In this document: piece after piece, positions 10,050-19,408 of the stretch
Layout of the letters: every line of letters begins with the position of its first letter
How positions within the stretch are numbered: position 1 is the first letter of the stretch
Source of the DNA: Deltaproteobacteria bacterium
GTDB lineage: Bacteria > Myxococcota_A > UBA9160 > SMWR01
Direction: 5' to 3'
NCBI GenBank assembly: GCA_032128375.1
Contig: JAQBGU010000062.1
Location: 1-39,521, forward strand
DNA: 39,521 nt
The notes under the pieces: model-generated
Told to the model about the DNA's origin: nothing
The model's input: the letters and a program-made list of their open reading frames with translations, nothing else
Databases searched by the model: none
Position numbers and translations under genes: made by a program

Positions 10050-11588
10050 TCACCACATGCAGTAGCCGCGGCTCGTGTCGGGGATCGCGCGCAACAGCAG
10101 GAATTTTCTCGCGAACCACGCGAGACTCGATAGTTCCGGGTCGGTCTCCGCTTGTTCGAGGCGGTGGATCACACCTGCGCGTTCGTAGACGAGCTTGATA
10201 TGGGTGTGACCCGCGTTGGCGAGGTCGGTGATGCGTCGTCGCAACGCCAGATAGGGAAGCCGCCAGTGCGGGGCAGGTTGCGTTCTCTCCATCTTGGGTC
10301 GGTCGACCAGATAAGTCGAAAAATAGTTGAAAGTCTTCCAGGACGGGCCCACCATTTTTGCCAGCACGGGATCGTTCGACTCATGGATCGTGACCAGGTC
10401 GTCCAGGTGGTCCCAGCGTTGCCATGAGCCGGGAATCAACAGGTGGTTCGATTGGCCCTCGTGTGTATGCAGGTTGCTGAACATCGCGAACACCTGGGTG
10501 TTCTTCAGTCCGAGATGCGGTGCCAGACCGTTGGCGAAAACCAGTGCCGGCATGATGGCCAAGCTCATGTACTGAAAATTGAGTCGGGTGCGCTCGCCGG
10601 TACTCCATGGCCTTGCCGTCCATGCCCCCAACGCGAATAGCCCCATGACCGCGGTTCCGTAGGCGAACCACAAAGTCAACAAGAGCTGGCCTTGGATCCA
10701 AGCTGGTCCACTCGGAAGAGAACCTGCCTGCGAAATGAACACCGCAACGACAGCAGCCAGGATACCCAGGCCGATGACGAGTGCAGCATCGAGCGCGCGG
10801 AGTGCGCGCTGGCTGGCGGTCAGGAAGCCGGATGGCGCGCGCCCGAAGAGGTTGCTCAAGCTCGCGTAGAAGCGACCGGGCAAGAACAACGAGAGCATCG
10901 CGAACAACATCGCGGAAAACCCGGTGTAGTTGGCACCCAATGTGAAGTGAAACCCGATGGCGAGTGCGACACCGAAGTAGCGCGTGGTACGCAACAGCAA
11001 CAGACACGGAATGCCCGCTTCGACGAGCAACGTCCCGTGTACACCGAACGTCCGGAGAATCTGGCTCTCCGGCAGGAATTCCAATACGCGATGCAGGTTC
11101 CAGATCTGGGCCGGACCACAACTCAGATCCATCAGCAGGAAATCGCTGTTGAGCTTCTGGAAAAAGGCCCAGAAGTACAATGCGAGCAACTCCCAGCGCA
11201 ACGCTGGAGCGAAGCCGGCGTAGAGCTCGCCTGCATTGACCCGCCAGCTGCGGTTTGCGGCCATGACCCTAGCGGCCGCGAGGATCACGCTGGCCGAAGC
11301 CAGCAAGACCAGGATGCCGTGATTCGGGCCTTTGGGCAGCTTCGCGACGATGATGGCGACGAGTGCTCCGCACAGCAGCAGCAGCCGATAGGGGCTGCCG
11401 GGTCGTGCGAGGGTCCACACGGCGGCCACACGCCCGAATACAATGATCAGCACGAACGTCAGTGCACCCGCACGCTGTATCGCGCCGGCGTACTCGAACA
11501 GGGCCGCCGCCGCCCACAGAAAAGCGAACACGGTCAGCGCCACGCGAGCCTCGGAACTCTCGAGCGTGTCGGGATTCGGGGTCGACAT
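10050..11588 (-). CDS. HTTM-domain-like polytopic membrane protein
   Basis: About 11 hydrophobic segments. LYFWAFFQKLNSDF, FHF and F.MFSNL motifs resemble HTTM / vitamin-K-dependent-carboxylase-like proteins. Start at 11588 or 11609. Confidence 0.6.
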   Translation of the reverse strand: MSTPNPDTLESSEARVALTVFAFLWAAAALFEYAGAIQRAGALTFVLIIVFGRVAAVWTLARPGSPYRLLLLCGALVAIIVAKLPKGPNHGILVLLASASVILAAARVMAANRSWRVNAGELYAGFAPALRWELLALYFWAFFQKLNSDFLLMDLSCGPAQIWNLHRVLEFLPESQILRTFGVHGTLLVEAGIPCLLLLRTTRYFGVALAIGFHFTLGANYTGFSAMLFAMLSLFLPGRFYASLSNLFGRAPSGFLTASQRALRALDAALVIGLGILAAVVAVFISQAGSLPSGPAWIQGQLLLTLWFAYGTAVMGLFALGAWTARPWSTGERTRLNFQYMSLAIMPALVFANGLAPHLGLKNTQVFAMFSNLHTHEGQSNHLLIPGSWQRWDHLDDLVTIHESNDPVLAKMVGPSWKTFNYFSTYLVDRPKMERTQPAPHWRLPYLALRRRITDLANAGHTHIKLVYERAGVIHRLEQAETDPELSSLAWFARKFLLLRAIPDTSRGYCMW

Positions 11589-11637
11589 CGTGGACGAAGA
11601 TAGCGCCACGGATGACGCACCTGCTGCCAGCCCTATG

Positions 11638-12684
11638 TCAAGCGACTACTCTGCCGTCGAGCCGCGGACACAAAAGCAATTTGCCGATGTGCCCACCCTC
11701 GAACAGCATCCGCAATGTGGCTGGGAATTTTTCCACCCCGTATTCGATATGTTCGCGTAACACGAGCTTGCGCTGCTCGAGCCAGCTGGCGAGCTGCTCT
11801 TCGGCTTCGGCGAATTGCGCGCCGAAGTGCGTGACCGCAAACCCCTCCATTCGCGCATGGCGCTCAGCCAACCGCAGATACAGGCTGGGGCCGCGCACGT
11901 CGTTCATGTTCTGGTACTGCGAAATTGCCCCGCAGATCACCACCCGCGCGCGCTCCCGAATCTGGTCGAGCACCACATCGAGCATTTCGCCGCCGACATT
12001 GTCGAAGTAGACATCGACTCCATCCGGTGCCAGTTCGCGAAGGCGCGCATCCACGTCTTCATTCTTGTAGTCGATACAGGCGTCCAAGCCGAGCTCGCGC
12101 TCGACGTAATCCACTTTCTGAGGGCCACCGGCGATTCCGATTACGCGGCCGCCCTCGATCCGAGCGATCTGTCCGGCGAGCGACCCAACCGCGCCTGCGG
12201 CTCCCGACACAACGACCGTATCCCCCGGTACGACGGCGCCAACTTCACGAATTCCGAAGTACGAAGTCATTCCCGACGTCAGCCCCAGCGCGCCGAGATA
12301 GGCGGTCAGCGGAGCGCGTTTCTCGTCGACCTTCTTCAGAATGCCACCGGGAAGCCGGGCGATCGTCTGGATTCCCAATGGGCCGAACACCCCGTCACCG
12401 ACTTCGAGTCCTGCTGCCCGGCTCTCAATGACGCGGCCGACCCCGAGAGCGGTAACGGTTGCGCCGATGGCAACAGGCGAGTGGTAGCTCTCCTCGTTGA
12501 GAGAGGTCCGAATGAACGGATCGATCGATAAGTAGTCGACTTCGACCAGTACTTCGGCAGCCGCGAGTTCTGCTACAGGCTGTTCGTCGATTGAGAAGCA
12601 GGCTGCGTCCGGTATTCCGACTGGGCGTTTTGCGAGCACGATCCTTCGATTGATTGTGGGTCTTGCGAGCGCACGCGCGGCCAC
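11638..12684 (-). CDS. NADP-dependent oxidoreductase (prostaglandin reductase/CurA-like MDR)
   Basis: NRRIVLAKRP.G, YLSIDPF.R, SGAAGAVGS, GIAGG..K, DVYFDNVGG, CGAISQY. GTG 12684 lies just after the SDR stop. Confidence 0.92.
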   Translation of the reverse strand: MAARALARPTINRRIVLAKRPVGIPDAACFSIDEQPVAELAAAEVLVEVDYLSIDPFIRTSLNEESYHSPVAIGATVTALGVGRVIESRAAGLEVGDGVFGPLGIQTIARLPGGILKKVDEKRAPLTAYLGALGLTSGMTSYFGIREVGAVVPGDTVVVSGAAGAVGSLAGQIARIEGGRVIGIAGGPQKVDYVERELGLDACIDYKNEDVDARLRELAPDGVDVYFDNVGGEMLDVVLDQIRERARVVICGAISQYQNMNDVRGPSLYLRLAERHARMEGFAVTHFGAQFAEAEEQLASWLEQRKLVLREHIEYGVEKFPATLRMLFEGGHIGKLLLCPRLDGRVVA

Positions 12685-12686
12685 GG

Positions 12687-13445
12687 CTACATACCGCCGG
12701 TGACGCTGAGGATGTGTCCAGTCACCCAACTCGATGCTGGAGAAACCAGGTAGAGTGCTGCGGCGCCGATGTCCTCGGGGGTGCCGAGTCGCCTCATTGG
12801 CAAACGCAGCCCCTTCTCCAGGTTGGGTAGATCATCCTCTTCCAGACCTAACGCCTGCATCATGATTTCGGTTGGCACTGCACCGGGCATGATTGCGTTG
12901 ACGCGGATGCGCGGACCGAACTCGCGCGCAAAGGTCTCAGTCAGGGAATTGACACCCGCCTTTGCGGCCGCGTAGTGACCACTGCCGGGCATCGGCATCG
13001 TCGCCGCACGCGACGAGATGTTGACGACCCGACCTCCATCGCGCATGCGACGGGATGCAACCGACGTGCAGACCCAGACAGCGGTGAGGTTGAGGGTGAG
13101 CGACGCGTCCCAATCGGCGCGCGACAGCTTTGCGAGCGGTGCCTGCAGTGGTGAGCCGCCCGCGTTGTTGACCCAGATGTCGAGGCCTCCGAATTCGTCG
13201 ATGGCGGCCTTTGCGAGCGATTCAACTGCGATCTCGTCGGTGACGTCGGTGACTACGGCGCTTGCGCGACCTCCGTCACTGCGGATCTCGGCGGCGACCC
13301 GCTCGATGTCCTCGATCCTCCGGGCCGCCACTACCACGGCGGCACCGGCCGCGGCGAGCGTCTTGGCGATTCCTTCACCGATACCGCGCCCGCCACCGGT
13401 AATGACGGCTACGTCTTTCGAAAGGTCGAACAGGGCATCGATCAT
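12687..13445 (-). CDS. Short-chain dehydrogenase/reductase (hydroxysteroid dehydrogenase/FabG-like)
   Basis: TGGGRGIG, NNAGG, catalytic YAAAK, IRVNAIMPG. GGAGG RBS. Confidence 0.95.
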   Translation of the reverse strand: MIDALFDLSKDVAVITGGGRGIGEGIAKTLAAAGAAVVVAARRIEDIERVAAEIRSDGGRASAVVTDVTDEIAVESLAKAAIDEFGGLDIWVNNAGGSPLQAPLAKLSRADWDASLTLNLTAVWVCTSVASRRMRDGGRVVNISSRAATMPMPGSGHYAAAKAGVNSLTETFAREFGPRIRVNAIMPGAVPTEIMMQALGLEEDDLPNLEKGLRLPMRRLGTPEDIGAAALYLVSPASSWVTGHILSVTGGM

Positions 13446-13578
13446 GGAGGCCTCCGATAGTTCAGGCGGCGAACTCTACTGCATCCGGGGGGCTGCGGTC
13501 CGGGGCTGATCGCGTCGGATCTGTATCTGATTTCGGTACTCTGACTGACGAGGCCTATGGGAACAGGCTATTGGGCCA

Positions 13579-13601
13579 ACACACACACACACACGCACAC
13601 A
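13579..13601. repeat. (AC)8-GC-(AC)2-A dinucleotide microsatellite
   Basis: acacacacacacacacgcacaca read directly, ending 19 nt before the GTG at 13621. Confidence 0.9.
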
Positions 13602-13620
13602 GCAAAGCGAGATCCCCGAA

Positions 13621-14634
13621 GTGAAGGTGTATACAACCGCCCCGATGGAGGACCCGCGCGATGCGCGCCGGATCTTCTCGCATCTCGAACAGGTTGGTTA
13701 CGACGGCGCGTTCAGCTTCGAAGCGAAACTCGACCCTTTTCTCCCGCTCGTACTGGCCTCCGAATCCACGACCCGTCTGCGCTTAGGGACCGCAATTGCC
13801 ATCGCATTCGCGCGCAACCCGATGAACCTCGCGAACCTCGCTCACGGCCTGCAGACGATCAGTGGCGGACGCTTTATTCTCGGACTCGGCTCGCAGGTGC
13901 GACCGCATATTCTGCACCGCTTCAGTATGCCGTGGTCGAAACCCGCCGCGCGGATGCGTGAGATCGTCCAGGCCATCCACGCGATCTTCGATTGCTGGGA
14001 GGGGAAGAGCGAACTCGACTTCCAGGGAGAAATGTACCGCCACACACTGATGATCCCCGCATTCGATCCCGGCCCCAACCCATTCGGCCCGCCGCCGGTT
14101 TTTACAGGCGGCTTCGGACCACTGATGACGGAGGTGGCCGGCGAAGTCGCCGACGGCTTCTTCGCCCATCCGTTCAACAGCCGGAAATCTCTGCTCGAGA
14201 ACACCCTCCCCGCGCTGGATCGCGGGCTGGCCGCTTCGGGTCGTAGCCGGACCGACATCGAAATCATCTGCGCGACGCTCACGGTCACAGCCGATGATGA
14301 ATCCGAGTTCGAGCGGGTCAAACTGGCCGCGAAGAAGCAGTTGGCCTTCTACGGTTCCACGCCGGCGTATTTGCCGACTCTTTTATGTCACGGTTGGGAC
14401 GCACTCCACGCCGAGTTGAATCGCCTGTCCAAGCAGGGCCGTTGGGACGACATGAGCGACTTGATAGACGACGAAGTTCTGGAAACCCTCGCGGTCGTTG
14501 GCCCACGCAATGAGATGGCAAGCCGCTTGACCGAGCGCCTCGCCACAATCGCCGATGGTGTCAGTCTGACTCACAATCGCGCACCCGACCCAGAACAATG
14601 GGCCGATATCGTTGCGGATCTGAAGCGGGGTTAG
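13621..14634 (+). CDS. LLM-class, probably F420-dependent oxidoreductase (TIGR03617-like)
   Basis: FEAKLDPFLPL, GTAIAIAFARNPM, GRFILGLGSQVRPHI..RFSMPWS.PAARMRE, AFYGSTPAY. Confidence 0.9.
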   Translation: MKVYTTAPMEDPRDARRIFSHLEQVGYDGAFSFEAKLDPFLPLVLASESTTRLRLGTAIAIAFARNPMNLANLAHGLQTISGGRFILGLGSQVRPHILHRFSMPWSKPAARMREIVQAIHAIFDCWEGKSELDFQGEMYRHTLMIPAFDPGPNPFGPPPVFTGGFGPLMTEVAGEVADGFFAHPFNSRKSLLENTLPALDRGLAASGRSRTDIEIICATLTVTADDESEFERVKLAAKKQLAFYGSTPAYLPTLLCHGWDALHAELNRLSKQGRWDDMSDLIDDEVLETLAVVGPRNEMASRLTERLATIADGVSLTHNRAPDPEQWADIVADLKRG

Positions 14635-14718
14635 CGACGGCTTTCCGGGACACTTCGTGCCTCCAGCCGAGCAACGAATCTCGATCTCGTGCTCTGAATC
14701 CGATTGAAAGTCGGCGTG

Positions 14719-15624
14719 TCAATCCGACTCTGTTTCGCTCTTTCGCTCGCTGCTTGCTTGCCTGCTTCTCTCACCGTAGTCGCCCCAGGGCCGATCGCGT
14801 TCGCTGATGACCTCGCGGAAGCCCTTGTGGGCGAACGATTCTGCCCAGCGATACGCCTCTTCGGTATGTCGGGTAATACCGTCGAATAGCGTGCCCAACA
14901 GCTGCGTCGTACGCAGCCCCATGTTCTCGAACGCCTGGTTGATCAGCAATTTGTTCAGTGCAAGTTGGTTGCCTGGAATATTTGCGAAGCGCTGGGCGTG
15001 CTCTTCGACGCGCGCGGCGATTTCCGCTGCGGGGTATACTTTCGATACCAAGCCGATTCGAAAAGCGGTCTGCGCGTCGATCGCCTCGCCGGTGAGCAGG
15101 TACTGCTTGGCGTGTTCGAGGCTCAATCGGTAGACCCAGATCATCGTGGTCGGCGTTCCGAAAATCCGAGAAGGCGCATAGCCAATAAACGCGTCGTCGG
15201 CCATGAACAACTGGTCGCAACACAACACGAGATCCGTTGCGCCACCGACCGCCCAACCGTGGATCTGACCGATTACTGGCTTGGGGCAGTGCCAGATTTT
15301 CATGAAGCGTTCGACGTTCTTGCCCATGAACTGCAGATCGCGGACCGGGTCCCATGCGCCAGCTCGCGGCGGGACAGACGGCGCGTCGTAGGGGTTCGAC
15401 CATCCGCCTGCGTCACCCGCAACGAGGTCGTAGCCGGCCGTGAACACCCTGCCTTCGCCGCGCAGCACGATCGCACGGACGCTGCGAGCCGCGGTCGCGG
15501 TCTCGATCCCGTCCGCAACACCCTGGACCACCGCTTCAGTGAGCGTGTTCAATTTCTCCGGACGATTGATTGTGATGATCGCGATCGAGTCGCGCTCCTC
15601 GTACAGAACGGCGCTATCACTCAT
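14719..15624 (-). CDS. Crotonase/enoyl-CoA hydratase family protein
   Basis: ITINRPEKLN, FTAGYDL, KPVIGQIHGWAVGGATDL, LLTGEAIDA..A.RIGLVSKV. Confidence 0.93.
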   Translation of the reverse strand: MSDSAVLYEERDSIAIITINRPEKLNTLTEAVVQGVADGIETATAARSVRAIVLRGEGRVFTAGYDLVAGDAGGWSNPYDAPSVPPRAGAWDPVRDLQFMGKNVERFMKIWHCPKPVIGQIHGWAVGGATDLVLCCDQLFMADDAFIGYAPSRIFGTPTTMIWVYRLSLEHAKQYLLTGEAIDAQTAFRIGLVSKVYPAAEIAARVEEHAQRFANIPGNQLALNKLLINQAFENMGLRTTQLLGTLFDGITRHTEEAYRWAESFAHKGFREVISERDRPWGDYGERSRQASSERKSETESD

Positions 15625-15676
15625 AGGATCCTCACAGACGGGGAATCCCGTACTCTATTTCTTTTCCACGGCTCAG

Positions 15677-15808
15677 GCTCCTATTGGTGGCTGGGCTCTT
15701 ACTCTGAGCTGAACGCTCTTGTCCGAAGCTGAAAGCTCTTATCCGAAGCTAGGCTCAAATTCAAAGCTGAAGGCTCTCATGGAACGCGGGAGGCTCTCTT
15801 GAGGGCTG
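15677..15808. repeat. Degenerate tandem array of 18-20 bp units (consensus about GCTCTT-atccga-AGCTGAAn)
   Basis: Units start at 15677, 15695, 15715, 15735, 15753, 15773 and 15793. Best copies: gctcttactctgagctgaac, gctcttgtccgaagctgaaa, gctcttatccgaagctag, gctcaaattcaaagctgaag. Confidence 0.8.
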
Positions 15809-15835
15809 CGCCCGAAACCCGCAAGCTGTGTCCAG

Positions 15836-17653
15836 ATGATTGATTTCGGGACGACTCGGTACACAGGCTGTATCCGTGGCCGTTTTGTGTCCGGGCTGGT
15901 TGTGGTTGTGTGGGTGCTCGCGATTTTCGATCCCGCCGCCGGTGCTCAGCCTGCTTCCGATCGCCCGGCGATCGCCTCGGTCGAGGGGACAGACAATCCC
16001 ACGACTCCGCCGAGCCTGACCTCCGAGGCTGCTTCTTCCCGTGAAGCCGGAGTCCGCAATCTGGAAGCCCGTGAAGCAAAAGCGGAGCAGCTGCGCGCGC
16101 TGCTTTCGAAGAGGCGTTTCGAAAAAGAACTCGAGTCGTCCAGATTGGAATCGGTCCAAGATCTGCAGCGCCAGCGAGCCCTGAACCGTTGGCGCTTGGC
16201 TCTCGTCGTCGCGACGCTCACGTTGGTCGTATGGGGACGGGTTGCGCCCGCTGTCGCACCGCGTGCCCGTCGCTGGTGGCAGGTCGCCTGGGCGCTGCTT
16301 GCTCTGGTCTCCGTCGCGGCGTTTTTCCGATTCTCGCTGACGGATCGAAACCGCTACGACATGCACATCAAGGACGTGTACCACTACTACATCGGTGGAA
16401 AGTACTCCGCCGAAATCGGCTACGGGCGGCTGTACGATTGTACGATTGCCGCGGCGCACCAGCAGGGCCGCTGGTGGGTCGATCAACTCGATACGATCCG
16501 AGACCTGCAGACGATGTCAGCGCGTCCCGCAGCGGAAATCACCGCGCGTGGCGTCGCCGAGTGCCGCTCGCGCTTTTCTGCCGAGCGATGGAAGCAGTTT
16601 GGTACGGAGTTGAGTTGGTTCTTCGACCGGATCGATGGGCCGGTCTGGCGCTGGCTGCTCAACGATCACGGTTTCAATCCGTCTCCGATTTGGACGCTGC
16701 TCGCCACACCGCTGACGCGCATGACGACGGTGGATGACCTTCGGATGCTGGTCCAAATCGATTCGTTGTTGGTACTGGCGGCGCTTGTCTCGTTCGGTTG
16801 GGCTTTCGGTTTCCAAGCCATGTGTCTGGCCGCCATTGTCTGGGGAACGGGTTTCCTATGGAGCTACACGTGGGTGGGAGACGCGTTTCTGCGGCAGATC
16901 TGGTTTTCGACGGCGCTGATCGGAATATCCTGCTTGCGACGCGGTCACGCATTCACCGCAGGCGCGATGCTCGCAACGTCTGCCGGACTACGCCTGTTTC
17001 CCGCGGTCTTTGTGGGCGGTTATGTGGTGTACGCGCTGAGACGATTTTGGGAGACGCGCGTCTGGTCGAGAGAAGATCGGCGGTTTGCAGCAGGTGTTTC
17101 GATCACTGCGTTATCTCTCACCATCGCGAGCCTGCTCTTGGCAGGACGCGGCATCGAGGATGTTCCGAACTTCTTGCACAACATCACTATCGTGCGTGAT
17201 GGCATTATCAAGAATGTCGCTGGGTTCGAAGCGTTCTTGTGGCGAATCGATGGCACCACCAGCCTCTATTGGCACAACGAGGTCGGACCCGGATTGATCG
17301 GCCTCGGGCTCTCGTCGGCCCTCCGCTTCGGAGTGGCTGCGGGGTCACTCGTATGGTTTTGGTTCGCCACTCGGCGCGCTGAGTCGTGGGAAGCTGCGGC
17401 GCTCGGCTTTGCATTGATCCCACTGCTGACATCGCCGGCGGGCTACTATTTCAACTTCGTGGTACTCGCTGTCCCGCTGTGTGAGCGGCGGCCGTCGATC
17501 GCGGTCTGGCTGCTCGCCGCGTGCGCGGCGTGGCAGATCACCGGCTTGCTGTTGAGAGACCTCGGGGAGCAGTTCACGATCGTCTCGGTTGTCGCATTCG
17601 TGCTTTCTTGCGCGGTGCTCGCAACGATGCGCCGCCCGGCGCAGGTGGTTTGA
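15836..17653 (+). CDS. Polytopic membrane protein, probable GT-C fold glycosyltransferase (GT87-like)
   Basis: N-terminal hydrophobic and coiled-coil segment, loop motifs DVYHYYIGGKY..EIGY..LYDC and DHGFNPSP.W, then many TM helices with an LRLFP motif. Start uncertain. Confidence 0.6.
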   Translation: MIDFGTTRYTGCIRGRFVSGLVVVVWVLAIFDPAAGAQPASDRPAIASVEGTDNPTTPPSLTSEAASSREAGVRNLEAREAKAEQLRALLSKRRFEKELESSRLESVQDLQRQRALNRWRLALVVATLTLVVWGRVAPAVAPRARRWWQVAWALLALVSVAAFFRFSLTDRNRYDMHIKDVYHYYIGGKYSAEIGYGRLYDCTIAAAHQQGRWWVDQLDTIRDLQTMSARPAAEITARGVAECRSRFSAERWKQFGTELSWFFDRIDGPVWRWLLNDHGFNPSPIWTLLATPLTRMTTVDDLRMLVQIDSLLVLAALVSFGWAFGFQAMCLAAIVWGTGFLWSYTWVGDAFLRQIWFSTALIGISCLRRGHAFTAGAMLATSAGLRLFPAVFVGGYVVYALRRFWETRVWSREDRRFAAGVSITALSLTIASLLLAGRGIEDVPNFLHNITIVRDGIIKNVAGFEAFLWRIDGTTSLYWHNEVGPGLIGLGLSSALRFGVAAGSLVWFWFATRRAESWEAAALGFALIPLLTSPAGYYFNFVVLAVPLCERRPSIAVWLLAACAAWQITGLLLRDLGEQFTIVSVVAFVLSCAVLATMRRPAQVV

Positions 17654-19296
17654 TGCCCCCCGTGTCCAATGCTGCCGGAGGCCCGCTGCGCGCTGCCGCG
17701 CTGGCTGTGCTCGCACTGAGCGCGGTGATCTTCGTGCTGATTCGTCTGCCCTTCGTATCGCTACCTCTCGAGCGCGATGAAGGAGAGTACGCCTACATCG
17801 CGCAGCAGATGTTGCGAGGAAGCGTTCCCTACCTCGACGCCTTCGACCAGAAACCTCCCGGAGTGTTCGTCGCGTACGCAATCGCATTCGTGGCGTTCGG
17901 CGAGTCGATCGAGGTGATTCACCTGTTCTCGTACCTCTGGACGGCAGGGGTGGCGCTGTTGTTGTTTCTCATCGTTCGCCGCCTGGCGGGCGAGCTGTCG
18001 GCAGCCTTTGCAACCCTGGCGTTCGCGGTGTCGAGTTCGGATCCGAACCTGCTCGGTGCCGCGGCGAACACCGAGCATTTCATGTTGCTCCCCATGCTGG
18101 CCTCGGCATGGTTCCTGCTGCGCTCCATCGAGCGCGACACCTGGCTGCTATGGCTGGTTACGGGTGCTCTGGGCGGGGCGGCTTGTTGGTTCAAACAGGT
18201 TGCGGTTGCCAATGCACTATTCCTTGCGACCTACGCCGCGATCGCGATGTGGCGAAAAACGGGCTCGCCAATCGCTGCTGTGCGCCCGCTGGTTGGGTTG
18301 CTGGCAGGGGCGGTCGTAGTTTCGATTCCCGTCTTCGCAGTCTTTGCGTGGGCGGGCGCGTGGAATCCATTCCTCGACTCTGTGTTCTTTCACAACTTCG
18401 ACTATGCGCAGCAGGTCCCGATCTCGCAGGCTCTGGAAAGCCTGTCTGCAGCCGTCGCGCGGCAGGCGCCCAGCCAGATCGTGCTGTGGTTGTTGGCGGG
18501 GTCGTCGCTGTTCTGCTTTCGCAGCGTCGGCACGTCTGCGTGGACTTTTCTGTTCGGCTGGCAACTGGCGTGTTTCGTCGGTGTGTCGTTTGGATTCTAC
18601 TTTCGTCCGCACTACTTTCTGCAGCAGCTGCCATCCCTGTGCGCGCTGGCCGCGATATCCGCCGGCCGCGCAGTCGCTTGGGGTATGACGCATCGCTCGA
18701 AGCCCCTTGGATGGATCGGGGTCGCGCTGATGTGTGCGCTGTTGGTAGTACCCGTGGTCAGCGCAAATCGGCACGTATTGTTCGCTGACGATCTAGCGAT
18801 GCGCTCGCGCAGTATCTACGGCGACAATCCGTTCCCCGAGTCGCTCGAGATCGCAAAATACATCGAACGGACGAGTCGTCCAGAAGAGACGATCTACATT
18901 TTGGGTTCCGAACCCCAGATCTTCTTCTACGCGAATCGGCGCAGCGCGACGCGCTACATCTTCTTTTACCCGCTGACGGCGGAGGTGCCGGACGTGCTCG
19001 CACGCCAGCGCGCGGCGAGTCGCGAGGCGGAAGCAAGTCGGCCACGCTACGTCGTCTGGCTTAATATCGCCCCATCGCTGCTGCTCCATCCCGATGTCAA
19101 CCGCCATGTATTCGAGGCCGCATCGCGGATGACAGCGGGTGGCTACGTGTTGGAGTTCATGGGTTTCCAGCCAGGGAAAAGTGGTACATACCAGTTCGTT
19201 TACGGTTCCCGGGCACAACGCGAACTCGCGCGAGTTCGGGAGTCGGCTAGAGATTCGGCCTGGATCGCCGTTTACCGTCGACTGGGAGCAGGCTAG
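17653..19296 (+). CDS. ArnT/PMT-like (GT83/GT39) GT-C glycosyltransferase
   Basis: LERDEGEYAY after TM1, PYLDAFDQKPPG, NTEHF, FKQ, PHYFLQ. TGATG overlap with the upstream gene. Confidence 0.85.
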   Translation: MPPVSNAAGGPLRAAALAVLALSAVIFVLIRLPFVSLPLERDEGEYAYIAQQMLRGSVPYLDAFDQKPPGVFVAYAIAFVAFGESIEVIHLFSYLWTAGVALLLFLIVRRLAGELSAAFATLAFAVSSSDPNLLGAAANTEHFMLLPMLASAWFLLRSIERDTWLLWLVTGALGGAACWFKQVAVANALFLATYAAIAMWRKTGSPIAAVRPLVGLLAGAVVVSIPVFAVFAWAGAWNPFLDSVFFHNFDYAQQVPISQALESLSAAVARQAPSQIVLWLLAGSSLFCFRSVGTSAWTFLFGWQLACFVGVSFGFYFRPHYFLQQLPSLCALAAISAGRAVAWGMTHRSKPLGWIGVALMCALLVVPVVSANRHVLFADDLAMRSRSIYGDNPFPESLEIAKYIERTSRPEETIYILGSEPQIFFYANRRSATRYIFFYPLTAEVPDVLARQRAASREAEASRPRYVVWLNIAPSLLLHPDVNRHVFEAASRMTAGGYVLEFMGFQPGKSGTYQFVYGSRAQRELARVRESARDSAWIAVYRRLGAG

Positions 19297-19408
19297 TTGC
19301 GCGTTCGCCGCTGCGCGGCGAAAGCTTCCACGTCGTCGCCCATCGCCGATGCATCGTCGTCGGATTGACCCAGCGTGTGGTTGCGCCCGGAGGGCTCGAG
19401 TCCATTTC

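Noticed and set aside
15677..15808. Tandem array as a CRISPR array
   Set aside because: The period is only 18-20 bp, there are no unique spacers and no cas genes.
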